NCBI GenBank assembly: GCA_963764725.1
Contig: CAVXTM010000018.1
Span: 160,001 to 224,000, forward strand
Direction of reading: 5' to 3'
From: an uncultured Gammaproteobacteria bacterium
GTDB lineage: Bacteria; Pseudomonadota; Gammaproteobacteria; JACCXJ01
DNA: 64,000 bases
The notes below the pieces were generated by a model that saw only the letters and a program-made list of their open reading frames with translations, was not told the DNA's origin and searched no databases. Shown here piece after piece: positions 10,121-20,468 of the stretch. How positions within the stretch are numbered: the stretch's first letter is position 1; every line of letters starts with the position of its first letter. The translations under genes and the position numbers were made by a program.

Positions 10121-10549
10121 ATGGCAGCTACAGACGAACAGTTAGAACAGAAACAGTTGGAGATCGAACAGACATTCGTCGAGGCAGGCGTCAAACGTCT
10201 TCGACGCAAGGAAAGAGCTTCGGCAAGGAGAAGAGGGCGTGTGGCCACAAAGCTTGGACGTGATCTCATCCGGCACTGTTTCATTCAGCTTGAACGTGCA
10301 ATCAAGAACAAGCAACGCAATGTGCTCCAAGCGCGGAAGCTCCCTCGTGCCGCCCTCCCCTTGATTTCACTTAAACCAGGGAAGCTTGCATTCGTTTGCC
10401 TGTACGTCGCAGTGAGCGCGATGAGGGAGAGGGAAGTCCAACAAGGGCGATGGCCACCGCTAGCCCAACTCGCACGTGACATCGGCTGGCTCTGTCAACG
10501 CGAGTACAAACTAACGAGGCTTTGCCTCAGACCGCCAAGATATATTTAG
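10121..10549 (+). pseudogene. N-terminal domain of a T7-like single-subunit RNA polymerase, truncated at ~10515
   Basis: QLEIEQTFVEAGVKRLR, LKPGKLAFVCL and LARDIGWLCQRE align by eye with T7 RNAP QLALEHESYEMGEARFR, IKPEAVAYITI and VASAIGRAIEDE. Confidence 0.7.
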
Positions 10550-11117
10550 GTAGCGTGTAAGTTTGGTTTGGGGTAAGAAGGCTCCGGTCGAGCCTGCAGG
10601 GGCATGCCCTGAATAATTAAAGTACGAGCTCGAAGCTCAATGGGTCCGATGGACCCGTGGACGACCGGAGCCTGCCATGACACTACCACAAAGTGTGACC
10701 GAAGTTCTACGTGATCACGTGAGATTGGAGTGCGAGTCGATTGATCGGATGTACCTCAACGTCTACGTGCCGCAGTTACAGAGGGTCGGCGGGGTGGTGT
10801 GGTATCTGCGGGGGCATCTGGGCCAGAGGTTTGCCTCCACCGCGGCGGTGGCACCGAAGAGCGCGGCGTTTGTGGGGGCGATTGAGCAGTATGCCAAGCG
10901 CCACCGGATCGAGGTGGTAAGCTTCCAGAAAGGCCAACGCAAAGATGATATCACCCAGCAGTACCTGCACCGTTTTCGCCGAACCGAAGGTGTGCTGTAT
11001 ATCGGCAAGGCGCAGGAGAAGGCGCGGGTAATGCGTACCGCGCGGCGCCGATGCGCACGGAGCGGAATGACCTATCCGTGGATCGTAGAGTCCACGGCGA
11101 TGGTGAACCATTACTTT
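10511..11117 (+). mobile_element. Truncated putative Rep_trans-like mobile element (hairpin end, structured leader, N-terminal ORF fragment from 10677)
   Basis: ECESIDRMYLNVYVP...VNHYF parallels CCFDRIVITGTLP...CLHYYFY of ORF 52391-53953; shared end motif. Confidence 0.65.
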
Positions 11118-11119
11118 CG

Positions 11120-12294
11120 GTTGGCGTGGCAATCAGCTTTGCATTCGGTCATGCGTCGCGATTAGTGCTCACTTGGCGCGCTTTGAGGCTACTCGCGGCC
11201 GGGCGGTGTCGAAGAATGAGCGAGTCTGCGGGTCAGCATGACAGCAAGTTCTCGATACAGATGTTCTGATTTCGCGGTTATGTACGGGCGAAGACGCACA
11301 TGAAGCTGTCCTTTCGATTGTAGAGCGATGGCGCCGACTAGGCGGTCGCATATTAATGGCGGCGCAGTTCTAGAAGAGGCAGCCTACCATGCCTGGATCG
11401 CCGAAAAGGACTACAAAGAGGTAAGTCATTGGATTCCGGGGACGGAGCAGGAGCGGCATCGATACATCGAGAATGCCTTCGTCCGAGCATTTGCAAACGG
11501 AACTTGCAAGTCATCGCGCTCGACCTGGTGACTGGCGGCATTTCATGAGGCAATTTCGGGGTCAGGGCGAGCACGACTATACAAACCTTGCCGCCATACT
11601 TCGCCAAGAGTGGTCAATGGAAGTATTAACCCAACCTAGCTCGTCTGAGCAAGCACTGGAAACTGAGGTTCGGGAGTATCTCCAACAGAATATTCACAAC
11701 AAGATTCGGGAACGCACGGAGCGCCAAATAGACACTCGATAAGGCAAAAAGAGATGCACGGCTCTATGCTTCGATGATTCGCCAGCTTTCGCTACTGCTC
11801 GCCAACGACCCCGAATCGAGCTGTTTTCTTGTTAGTTCTGCGCGCCGGCTCGCTCATGTGGAGAATCGATTTAAGAAGTTGGGCGAGCACAGATTGTCGT
11901 TCCGATCTCTGGCGTTCTCTATCTGTTGTCACTGGTGCCTGGGGTGTCGGTTGGACTTTCCGCAATGCAGACCATCCTGTTCGAGGAGCGCCAGATTCGA
12001 TTCACGGATAGTCTTGAGCGCATGTTGATACGCGTTGTCCGAGATACTCCGGAATACCAGCTCGGCTGGGCGCGGCGCACGAGCCTTGTTCGCGAGTTTC
12101 GAACAAGGCTTGTCGAGAACGCGCGTCGAGCGGCGCGCATGGACCGGATCGAAAGATCGCGCGTGTTGCAGCATCGCGAGTCGTGCAAGGTGAAGATGTC
12201 CAACGTACGGCTGAGCTGCTTAGGGAATCCCTGGAAGCGATTGTTGCCGACACGACGACCGAAGAGGAGAACCGAAAGCTCCGAGGCCGAGTAG
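11120..12294 (+). pseudogene. Multiply frameshifted fragment of a large hypothetical protein with a PIN-like segment
   Basis: VLDTDVLISRLC, VLEEAAYHAWIA and NAFVRAF read across different frames. Confidence 0.4.
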
Positions 12295-12580
12295 CTGACC
12301 TCGAAAAGCAACTGGAGCTCATGAAGCGGAAATAAGGATGGTTGTGTCGTTCGGAGTCCGTTCGATGAGTTCGGGGTCAGAGTAAAATCTCGTTCATCCC
12401 GGGCTACTTTTCCGCCACCGTGGACCCGGTTTCCGGGGGAAACGAGTCTTGCAATGACTCATTGTCGAAGCCCGTTCCGGTGATTCTTCGACGCGTCAGC
12501 CGGCCATAGGCGGATGGGCATTGTTTCCCAGCGTCAGGCGAGAGCGTCAGGTCTTGCATTGACGCATTCGGCACTCCGCG

Positions 12581-13000
12581 TCATGAGTTCGCCACACGTT
12601 TACTGGCTTCGCGTGGTGTCACGATTTGTGTCTTCAGAAACTGTTTGAGGTTCAGCAGGTCGGGATCGCCCGAGACGATAAAGTCGGCGCTGGCCGCCAG
12701 CGCACAGGCCAGCACATGATCGTCATCCGGATCAGGGGATGTGGGTGAAATCTCCGCCGGAGTCACGATCGTCGTCAGTTCCGCATAACCCAGCACCAGC
12801 TCATCGATCGACAACGTTGAGGTTGCGACTGCGCGCGCGAACTTCTTGCGCGCCAGGATGCGAGCCAGTTCCGCCAGCAACGTCTTGCTGGTGAACAGTT
12901 CCACTTCACCGGCCTGCGCCGCCTCGATCAGTAGCGCCGGTGGCGCGCCCACCCACAACAGTCCCGAGGCGACCACATTGGTATCGAGCACCAGCCGCAC
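12581..13000 (-). CDS. PIN-domain toxin (putative TA component)
   Basis: RLVLDTNV...DPDDDHVLACAL...IVSGD.DLL. Confidence 0.9.
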   Translation of the reverse strand: MRLVLDTNVVASGLLWVGAPPALLIEAAQAGEVELFTSKTLLAELARILARKKFARAVATSTLSIDELVLGYAELTTIVTPAEISPTSPDPDDDHVLACALAASADFIVSGDPDLLNLKQFLKTQIVTPREASKRVANS

Positions 13001-13021
13001 GATGTGCTTGCGGTTCGTCGC

Positions 13022-13267
13022 TCAGCTGCCGGCCGCGCGCCGCTCTGCGCGATCGGCCTTGATCTCGGCGTTGATCTCTTCCATCGTCAGCGGTGGCACG
13101 CCCGCCGCTGCGATCTTCTTGCGTGCCCCGGTGAGCCGCTCGATACGGCGCGCCCGCACCGCCTCACGCAGCATCGCCTGCAACGCATTCGGCTCCAGCA
13201 GCCCCATGCGTGCCACTTCCTGCGCCAGCGCATCGGGCAGATCGAGTTTGACTTCCACCGTCGTCAT
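13022..13267 (-). CDS. Putative antitoxin
   Basis: 81-aa gene directly upstream of the PIN toxin. Confidence 0.7.
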   Translation of the reverse strand: MTTVEVKLDLPDALAQEVARMGLLEPNALQAMLREAVRARRIERLTGARKKIAAAGVPPLTMEEINAEIKADRAERRAAGS

Positions 13268-13615
13268 TCCGAATCTCCTACGCTCGCACGCGAATTAGAA
13301 TTTTAAAGGCCCTTTTTTCTCGGGAGCGAAGATACGACTGAACCTGTCAGGTGTCAAACACTGCCAGGAATCGTCGGTGTCCAGAAACTCGCCAGATCCT
13401 CATTGCTACGCGAAATGCGATCGACCTCGCCAAGACCCGCACCCGGAGGGCGCGAATGGCCCCGCTACAGAACTGAAATCTATCGGTATACTGTCGCCAA
13501 TCAAATCGTTTGAAATGTGGCGTTGGATTACTTCTCTTGCGACGATGAGCGTGGTCCGGCCCTGGAGCCCCAGCATATGGTAGCGCGGGTGGTCGCGGGT
13601 GGGGTCGAGCGCGAT

Positions 13616-13862
13616 TTGGCGATGTGCGCCATCGACATGATCCCGGCCCTTAAACGCGCACTGGTGCGGCGGGCCATGGGTCTCCGTGGGCCGTTGCCGC
13701 GGCTCGGGCGGGGCATACCGCTGTGAGCGCAAGGCTAGGGGATCGCGAGGCGGACTTCGAGGTCGCCGTCATCGGCGGGGGTGTGGTCGGCGGAACCCTG
13801 GCGGCGATCCTGGGGGCGGCCGGATTAAGGGTCGCGCTCGTCGAGGCTAGCGAGACACCCTC
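13616..13862 (+). repeat. 247-bp direct repeat, copy 2
   Basis: Identical to 8732-8978; preceded by a diverged internal ubiH fragment (HMVARVVAGGVE). Confidence 0.95.
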
Positions 13863-14967
13863 GGTGATATCCGCTGATCACAATATCGATGCGCGCGTGC
13901 TGGCTTTGACCCGCGCGTCGGAGCAGGTGCTCCGCGCCGTAGGCGCCTGGCAGCATATCATTGCCGAACCGCCCGGCGTGTTTCGCGCGATGCAGGTCTG
14001 GGACGCGGGTGGGGAGGGGCGCATTTATTTCGATAGCGCCGAGGTGGGCGAGCCTCTGCTCGGGCACATTGTTCGCAGCCAGGCGATCGAGGCCGCTCTG
14101 GATAGGGTGTTGCAGCATCTACCCCTGGTAAGCACTTACCGCGGCAGCGGTTTACAGAAGTTCGTGAGAGGCCGGGATAATCTCCAAATCGTGCTCGCGG
14201 ACGGATCGCAGTTGCGCCCAAAGTTATTGGTCGGGGCCGATGGCGGGGAGTCGACCGTGAGGACCTTGGCGGGGATCGCTCAAAGAGTGCATGATTACCG
14301 GCAGACGGCGCTCGTGTGTACGGCCATGACCGAGCAGCCGCATGGCGACACGGCGCGGCAACGCTTTCTAGCGGGTGGCCCGCTGGCGTTCCTGCCCTTG
14401 GCCAACCCAAATCGCTGCGCCATCGTCTGGTCGTTACCGCACGCCGAAGCGCAGAGGCTCATCGGCATGAGTGACGCCGAGTTCCGCCGCGCGCTCGAAG
14501 GCGGAATCGGCGTAGCGCTCGGAACCGTGACGGACAGCGGGCCGCGGCGCGCCTTTCCGCTCAGCCGCGCCCATGCCGAGCGCTACGTCGAGCCCCGTTT
14601 GGCCTTGATCGGCGATGCGGCGCACCGTATTCATCCGCTCGCAGGTCTGGGGGCCAATCTCGGCTTAATGGACGCCGCGACCCTGGCGGAGGTCGTGCTC
14701 GATGCCAAGGCCGCACGCCAGGATATCGGAGCGCTGCGCGTGCTCAGGCGTTACGAGCGCTGGCGCAAGGGCGAGAATCTCGCCATGATGTGGCTGATGG
14801 AGGGTTTCAACGAATTGTTCGGCTCGGACGCATTACCGCTGCGGATCCTGCGCAATGCGGGGCTCACGCTCACCAATGCCGCGGGGCCGGTGAAACGGCG
14901 GATCATGCGCCGGGCGATGGGCATCGAGGGTGATTTACCGCGGCTCGCCCTGACGGGGCACTGGTGA
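13723..14967 (+). CDS. ubiI: UbiH/UbiF/VisC family hydroxylase (UbiI-like)
   Basis: GGGVVG, ARQRFL, GDAAHRIHPLAG.GANLG, YERWRKGEN. Confidence 0.85.
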   Translation: MSARLGDREADFEVAVIGGGVVGGTLAAILGAAGLRVALVEASETPSVISADHNIDARVLALTRASEQVLRAVGAWQHIIAEPPGVFRAMQVWDAGGEGRIYFDSAEVGEPLLGHIVRSQAIEAALDRVLQHLPLVSTYRGSGLQKFVRGRDNLQIVLADGSQLRPKLLVGADGGESTVRTLAGIAQRVHDYRQTALVCTAMTEQPHGDTARQRFLAGGPLAFLPLANPNRCAIVWSLPHAEAQRLIGMSDAEFRRALEGGIGVALGTVTDSGPRRAFPLSRAHAERYVEPRLALIGDAAHRIHPLAGLGANLGLMDAATLAEVVLDAKAARQDIGALRVLRRYERWRKGENLAMMWLMEGFNELFGSDALPLRILRNAGLTLTNAAGPVKRRIMRRAMGIEGDLPRLALTGHW

Positions 14968-15360
14968 CGTGCGCCACGGAGGATGGTGGATCAGCTGCAC
15001 CAGGTTACCGTCCGGGTCCTCGCAATAGAAACTCCGCGCCCCGTCGCGATGCGTGCGTGGCGGGTGTTTGATGGGCACGCCCTGGGTCTGCAAATGCTGG
15101 TGCCAGGCATCGACAGCTTCCGGCGCGTCGAGAAGGAACCCGATATGGTCGAGGCGTTGGGGTCCGGCGGGGAGGTGGCCTGCGGCGGCACGATGCAAGG
15201 CCAGGTTGTCGTTCCCCGAGGAGAGATAGACGTTATCCTCATCGGGACGCCATTCGACGGACATGCCGAGCGACGCGGTGTAAAAGGACTCGCAGGCCTC
15301 GAGCTTGATGACATTGAGGGCCACATGATGGAGACCCTTGATGGGCGCAGGTGTTTTCAT
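14935..15360 (-). CDS. VOC / glyoxalase family protein
   Basis: LHHVAL, LDHIGF, SFYCEDPDGN. Confidence 0.9.
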   Translation of the reverse strand: MKTPAPIKGLHHVALNVIKLEACESFYTASLGMSVEWRPDEDNVYLSSGNDNLALHRAAAGHLPAGPQRLDHIGFLLDAPEAVDAWHQHLQTQGVPIKHPPRTHRDGARSFYCEDPDGNLVQLIHHPPWRTSPVPRQGEPR

Positions 15361-15480
15361 GTTATTCGATGACTTTTAAAAGCCGCATCAGTATAGCGAA
15401 ACCTTGTCACTGTCCGTGAACGACACCTTACGAGTAACCCGCACAGCGAATCGCGGACTAAGTTTAATAAGGGGGCGCGC

Positions 15481-16389
15481 ATGAACAATCAAGTACCGGA
15501 GACACTGTATGAAACCAATCTCGAAACCTTGCCGCTCATCGGGCGCGGCAAGGTTCGGGATATTTACGCGGTGGGCGACGCGCATCTCTTGATCGTGACC
15601 ACGGACCGCATATCGGCCTTCGATGTCGTGCTGCCCGATCCCATCCCTGGGAAGGGCGCGGTGCTGACGGCGCTCTCGCACTTCTGGTTTAACCGCTCGC
15701 GGCAAATCGTCAGCAACCACATTGCGTCCTTATCATTGGCGGAGGCCTTGACCGACCCGACCGAACGGCGCGCGCTCGAGGGCCGTGCGCTCGTGGTCCG
15801 GCGGCTGAAGCCCTTGCCGGTCGAGGCCATCGTGAGAGGCTACCTCATCGGTTCGGGATGGACGGATTATCAAAAGACCGGCGCCCTCTGCGGAATCGCC
15901 TTACCGCCCGGGTTGCGGCAGGCCGAGCGCTTGCCCGAGCCGATCTTCACCCCCTCGACCAAGGCAGAGCTGGGCCGGCACGATGAGAACATCAGCTTCG
16001 ACAGGACCGCGGATCTCATCGGGCGGGAGCTTGCCGAGCGCGTGCGCGAGATTTCCATCCGGCTTTACACCCACGCCGCCGACTACGCGCGCGGATGCGG
16101 CATCATCATCGCCGATACCAAATTCGAGTTCGGACTCGACGCGGAGGGGGATCTGGTTCTCATCGATGAGGCGCTGACGCCTGATTCCTCGCGCTTTTGG
16201 CCGGCCGATTCCTACGCGGTGGGCCAGAGCCCGCCGAGCTTCGACAAACAGTTTGTGCGCGATTACCTCGAGACGCTGGCCTGGGACAAGAAACCGCCCG
16301 CGCCGCGGTTGCCTCGGGAGATCATCGAAAAGACCGCAGCCAAATACCGCGAGGCGCAGTCGCGCCTAATCGACGGGGGAAACGCATGA
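15481..16389 (+). CDS. purC: SAICAR synthetase
   Basis: [36 protein letters not shown]. Confidence 0.97.
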   Translation: MNNQVPETLYETNLETLPLIGRGKVRDIYAVGDAHLLIVTTDRISAFDVVLPDPIPGKGAVLTALSHFWFNRSRQIVSNHIASLSLAEALTDPTERRALEGRALVVRRLKPLPVEAIVRGYLIGSGWTDYQKTGALCGIALPPGLRQAERLPEPIFTPSTKAELGRHDENISFDRTADLIGRELAERVREISIRLYTHAADYARGCGIIIADTKFEFGLDAEGDLVLIDEALTPDSSRFWPADSYAVGQSPPSFDKQFVRDYLETLAWDKKPPAPRLPREIIEKTAAKYREAQSRLIDGGNA

Positions 16390-16477
16390 GCGAGCGCGTA
16401 GCCGAGGCTTTGTGAGCTTTTCTCCGCAAGGGTCGGGGACGTGGCTGCCAGTCGCGCAACCCTAACTCGGAGAAACC

Positions 16478-18099
16478 ATGATGACCACAGCCCGGCAGCA
16501 TCCCTACCACCCGATCATCTACGTCCGCGGCTTCGCAGCCACTCAGGGCGAGATCGAGGAGACGGTGGCCGACCCTTACATGGGCTTCAACATCGGCTCG
16601 ACCAAGGCGCGCGTTGCCTGGACCGGCGACGTCAAGCGCTTCTACTTCGAGTCGCCGCTCGTGCGCTTGATGAGCGACCACGAGTACGAGGACGTCTTCG
16701 TGGACGGTGACGACCTGGTGGCGGCCGAGCGTGCCGACCACCCCGTTCCGTACCGCTGCATCATCATCTACCGCTACTACGACGAGGCCTCGAAGGACTT
16801 TGGCGACGGCAAGACGCCGCCGATCGAGCACTTCGCGAAGGGTCTGGGCGAGCTCATCCTGCGCCTGCGCGAGAAGATCTGCGCGAACAAGGACAACAAG
16901 ATGAGGCCTGCAGGACTTCCGCGTGCACCTCGTGGCCCACTCCATGGGCGGACTGGTCTGCCGCGCCTTCCTGCAGAATCCGAAGCTCGGCTCGGCGGAG
17001 GCGCGCGGCGCGGTGGACAAGTTCTTCACCTACGCCACGCCGCACAACGGCATCGACATGCGCATCGTGCGTAACGTGCCGGGCTGGCTCTCTTCGGCGA
17101 CATCAACAACTTCAATCGCGAGAAGATGGCCGAGTACCTCGATGTGCCCAAGGGCGACGATGTCTCGGTCGTGAAGAACTTCCCGCCGGAACGCATCTTC
17201 AACCTGGTCGGCACCAACCCGCGCGACTACACCGTGGCCGGCGGTATCTCGGCGTGGGCGGCGGGCGACGCGAGCGACGGGCTGGTGCGCATCGAGAACG
17301 CCACCACGCACGGGCCGGGCCCCGACGGCAAGGATGTGACTTCGCCGCGCGCCTTTGTGCACCGCAGCCACTCGGGCCACTACGGCATCGTGAATTCCGA
17401 GGAGGGCTACCAGAACCTCACGCGCTTCCTGTTCGGAGCGCTGCGCGTGGACGGCATCCTGGACATCGACGACATCACGCTGCCGGTGGAGGTGCAGAAG
17501 GCGCACGACGACGGCAAGACGGTGCGCGCGTCGTACCAGTTCGAGATCGCAGTCAGCGTGCGCGGCTGTCAGTGGCAGATGACGCGCCGCGAGGTGCGCG
17601 AGAACTCCGCGATCTTCCGCACCTACGACGAGCTGTTCCCGGGGAAGGACGGCACCAAGCGCGTGCCCGACCGCAGCCAAGAGCCCGCACCTGTTCTCCG
17701 TGTTCCTCGATCCGAACAAGAGCGTCAAGACCTCGAGGTCGGTCAGCTTCGCGTTCGACCTCAAGGTGCTCGTGCCCGACTACGAAGTGGACGGCTTCAT
17801 GTTCATGAACCGCCACTACGAGGGCGGCTTCATCCTGCGCGAGCTGATCCTGGTGGAGGCGTTCTCCGACGCAGCGGCACTCGGGCGGTTGGCGCATCAA
17901 GTACGGCTTTCAGGACATCAACCCCGGCAAGCCGGGCGTTAATGCGGTGACGCGCGCGCTCGGCGGAGTCGGCGGCGGCGGCGCGAAGGCAGATGCGGTC
18001 GCGGCCGTCCCCGGCCTCGCTTTCGATATCCCCATCGAGCAGAAAGCCCGCCCTGGCTTGCGGGGCACGCTACGGATCGAGGCCCGACCGTGGACCTGA
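16478..18099 (+). pseudogene. Alpha/beta-hydrolase (lipase-like) protein, several frameshifts
   Basis: IIYVRG, HLVAHSMGGL, TPHNG, SDGLV and HSG spread over consecutive frames. Confidence 0.75.
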
Positions 18100-18307
18100 G
18101 TAGTAAAGTAGTGCTTACGGCGACAAACACGCTTATTATTGAGTTCGCCCAGGACTAGAGCCGCCCTGAAGGTAGCCAATTGCTTGGCATCCTGTTTCGC
18201 GAGGTACTACCACCAATCGCCAAAATCGGGTAGCCAGGGGTGTTTAGCCCACGGGACACGGGAACCGGCGCGGTGCAAACGGCCCGGCGCGCCTCTCCGA
18301 GGAAGTC

Positions 18308-20084
18308 ATGAGCAAAGCGGCCATCAACCACAACTCGCAAAGCCGTTCGCTCCCCAAGGCCGCGACCGGCATCCAGGGACTCGACGAGATCACCGGCGGC
18401 GGGCTGCCGCGCGGCCGGCCCACGCTCGTCTGCGGCAGCGCCGGCTGCGGCAAGACGCTGCTCGCGATGGAGTTCCTCGTCCGCGGCGCCACCGAGTTCG
18501 GCGAGCCCGGCGTCTTCATGGCCTTCGAGGAGACCGCCGAGGAGCTGACCCAGAACGTCCGCTCGCTCGGCTTCGACCTGGACGACCTGGCCGCGCAGAA
18601 GAAGCTGCTGGTCGACTACGTCCACATCGAGCGCAGCGAGATCGAGGAGACCGGCGAGTACGACCTCGAAGGCCTGTTCATCCGCCTGGGCCACGCCATC
18701 GACTCGATCGGCGCCAAGCGCGTCGTGCTCGACACCATCGAGACGCTCTTCGGCGGCCTGTCCAACGCCGCCATCCTGCGCTCCGAGCTGCGCCGGCTGT
18801 TCCGCTGGCTCAAGGACAAGGGCGTCACGGCCGTCATCACCGGCGAGCGCGGCGACGGCACGCTCACCCGCCAGGGCCTGGAGGAGTACGTCTCCGACTG
18901 CGTCATCGTGCTCGACCACCGCGTCACCGAGCAGCTCTCGACCCGCCGGCTGCGCATCGTCAAGTACCGCGGCACGGCCCACGGCACCAACGAGTATCCC
19001 TTCCTGATCGACGAGAACGGCATCTCCGTCCTGCCGATCACCTCGCTGGGCCTGCAGCACGAGGCGTCCGACGAGCGGATCTCGACCGGCGTCCCGCGGC
19101 TCGACGCCATGCTCGGCGGCGCGGGGGTCTACCGCGGCAGCAGCGTGCTCATCTCCGGCACGGCGGGCACCGGCAAGACGAGCCTGGCCGCCCACTTCGC
19201 CGACGCCACCTGCCGGCGCGGCGAGCGCTGCCTGTACTTCGCCTTCGAGGAGTCGGAGAGCCAGATGGTCCGCAACATGCGCTCCATCGGCCTGGACCTG
19301 GCGCCCTGGCTCGAAGAAGGGCCTGCTGCGCTTCCACGCCACCCGCCCCACCGCCTACGGCCTGGAGATGCACCTGGCCACGCTCCACAAGCTGGTCAAC
19401 GAGTTCCAGCCCCGCGTGGTGATCGTGGACCCGATCACCACCTTCCTCAACGCCGGCACGTCCGTCGAGGCCGAGTCGATGCTGATGCGGCTGATCGACT
19501 TCCTCAAGGCCCAGCAGATCACCGCCCTGTTCACCAGCCTGACCCACGGCGGCAACGCCCTGGAGCAGAGCCAGGCCGGCATCTCGTCCCTCATCGACAC
19601 CTGGCTGTTGCTGCGCGACATCGAGCTGGGCGGCGAGCGCAACCGCGGCCTGTACATCCTGAAGTCGCGCGGCATGGCCCACTCCAACCAGATCCGCGAG
19701 TTCCTGCTGACCGACCACGGCGTCGAGCTGAAGGACGTGTACGTCGGGCCGGAAGGCGTGCTCACCGGGTCCATGCGCCTGGCCCAGGAGGCGCGCGAGC
19801 AGGCCGCCGCCCTGAGCCGCCAGCAGGAGATCGAGCGCCGCCAGCGCGACCTGGAGCGCAAGCGCCAGGCCCTGGAGGCCCAGATCGCCGCCCTGCGCGC
19901 GCAGTTCGAGGCGGAGCAGGACGAGCTGAAGCTGCTCATCGCCCAGGAACAGGCCGCCGCCGACCGCGCGGCGACAGAACCGGGAGGAGATGGCCCGCAG
20001 CCGCAAGGCCGACGTAGCCGGCCGAGACCCCGGGCAACCGCTCCCGTAGAACGACCCCTCAGGGAGGACGCAAATGAAGCGTGA
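18308..20084 (+). CDS. kaiC: Double-domain KaiC ATPase, frameshifted near 19315 and 19980
   Basis: GSAGCGKT, GTAGTGKT, EEYVSD, KYRGT.H, ISSLIDTW, KSRGMAH. Confidence 0.9.
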
Positions 20085-20468
20085 CTCGAACGAAGCCGCA
20101 GACCCTCGGCGACGCTGGCCGCCACCGCGGAAGCGGACCCGGACGTGTGGGAGCTGCGCCTGTACGTCGCCGGCAAGACGGCCAAGTCCGTCGCTGCCTT
20201 CGAGAACCTCACCAGGCTGTGCGAGGAGCACCTGCCCGGCAAGTACAAGATCGAAGTGGTGGACCTGCTGGTCCACCCGCAGCTGGCCAAGGGCGACCAG
20301 ATCGTCGCCATCCCCACCCTGGTCCGCAAGCTGCCCGAGCCGATCCGCAAGGTGATCGGCGACCTGTCCAACGTGGAGCGCACCCTGGTGGGGCTGCAGC
20401 TGCGCCCCGCCAAGCCTAACGGGGCGTCCGCGGAACGACCAACGAGACGCGAGAAGGCACGGCCATGA
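20074..20468 (+). CDS. kaiB: KaiB, 5' part frameshifted
   Basis: WELRLYVAG...IEVVDLL...[20 protein letters not shown]. Confidence 0.92.

Larger units (their letters stand above)
8979..13615. mobile_element. Decayed genomic island / phage-satellite remnant between direct repeats
   Basis: Flanking repeats, partly lower GC, RNAP fragment, transposase-like fragment, TA pair; no integrase seen. Confidence 0.7.

Noticed and set aside
11120-12294. Possible continuation of the T7-like RNAP after the inserted element
   Set aside because: Translations show no RNAP motifs; the segment looks like an unrelated PIN-like fragment
18308-20468. Programmed frameshifting or a true circadian clock
   Set aside because: No slippery-site pattern, indels are widespread, and kaiA is absent
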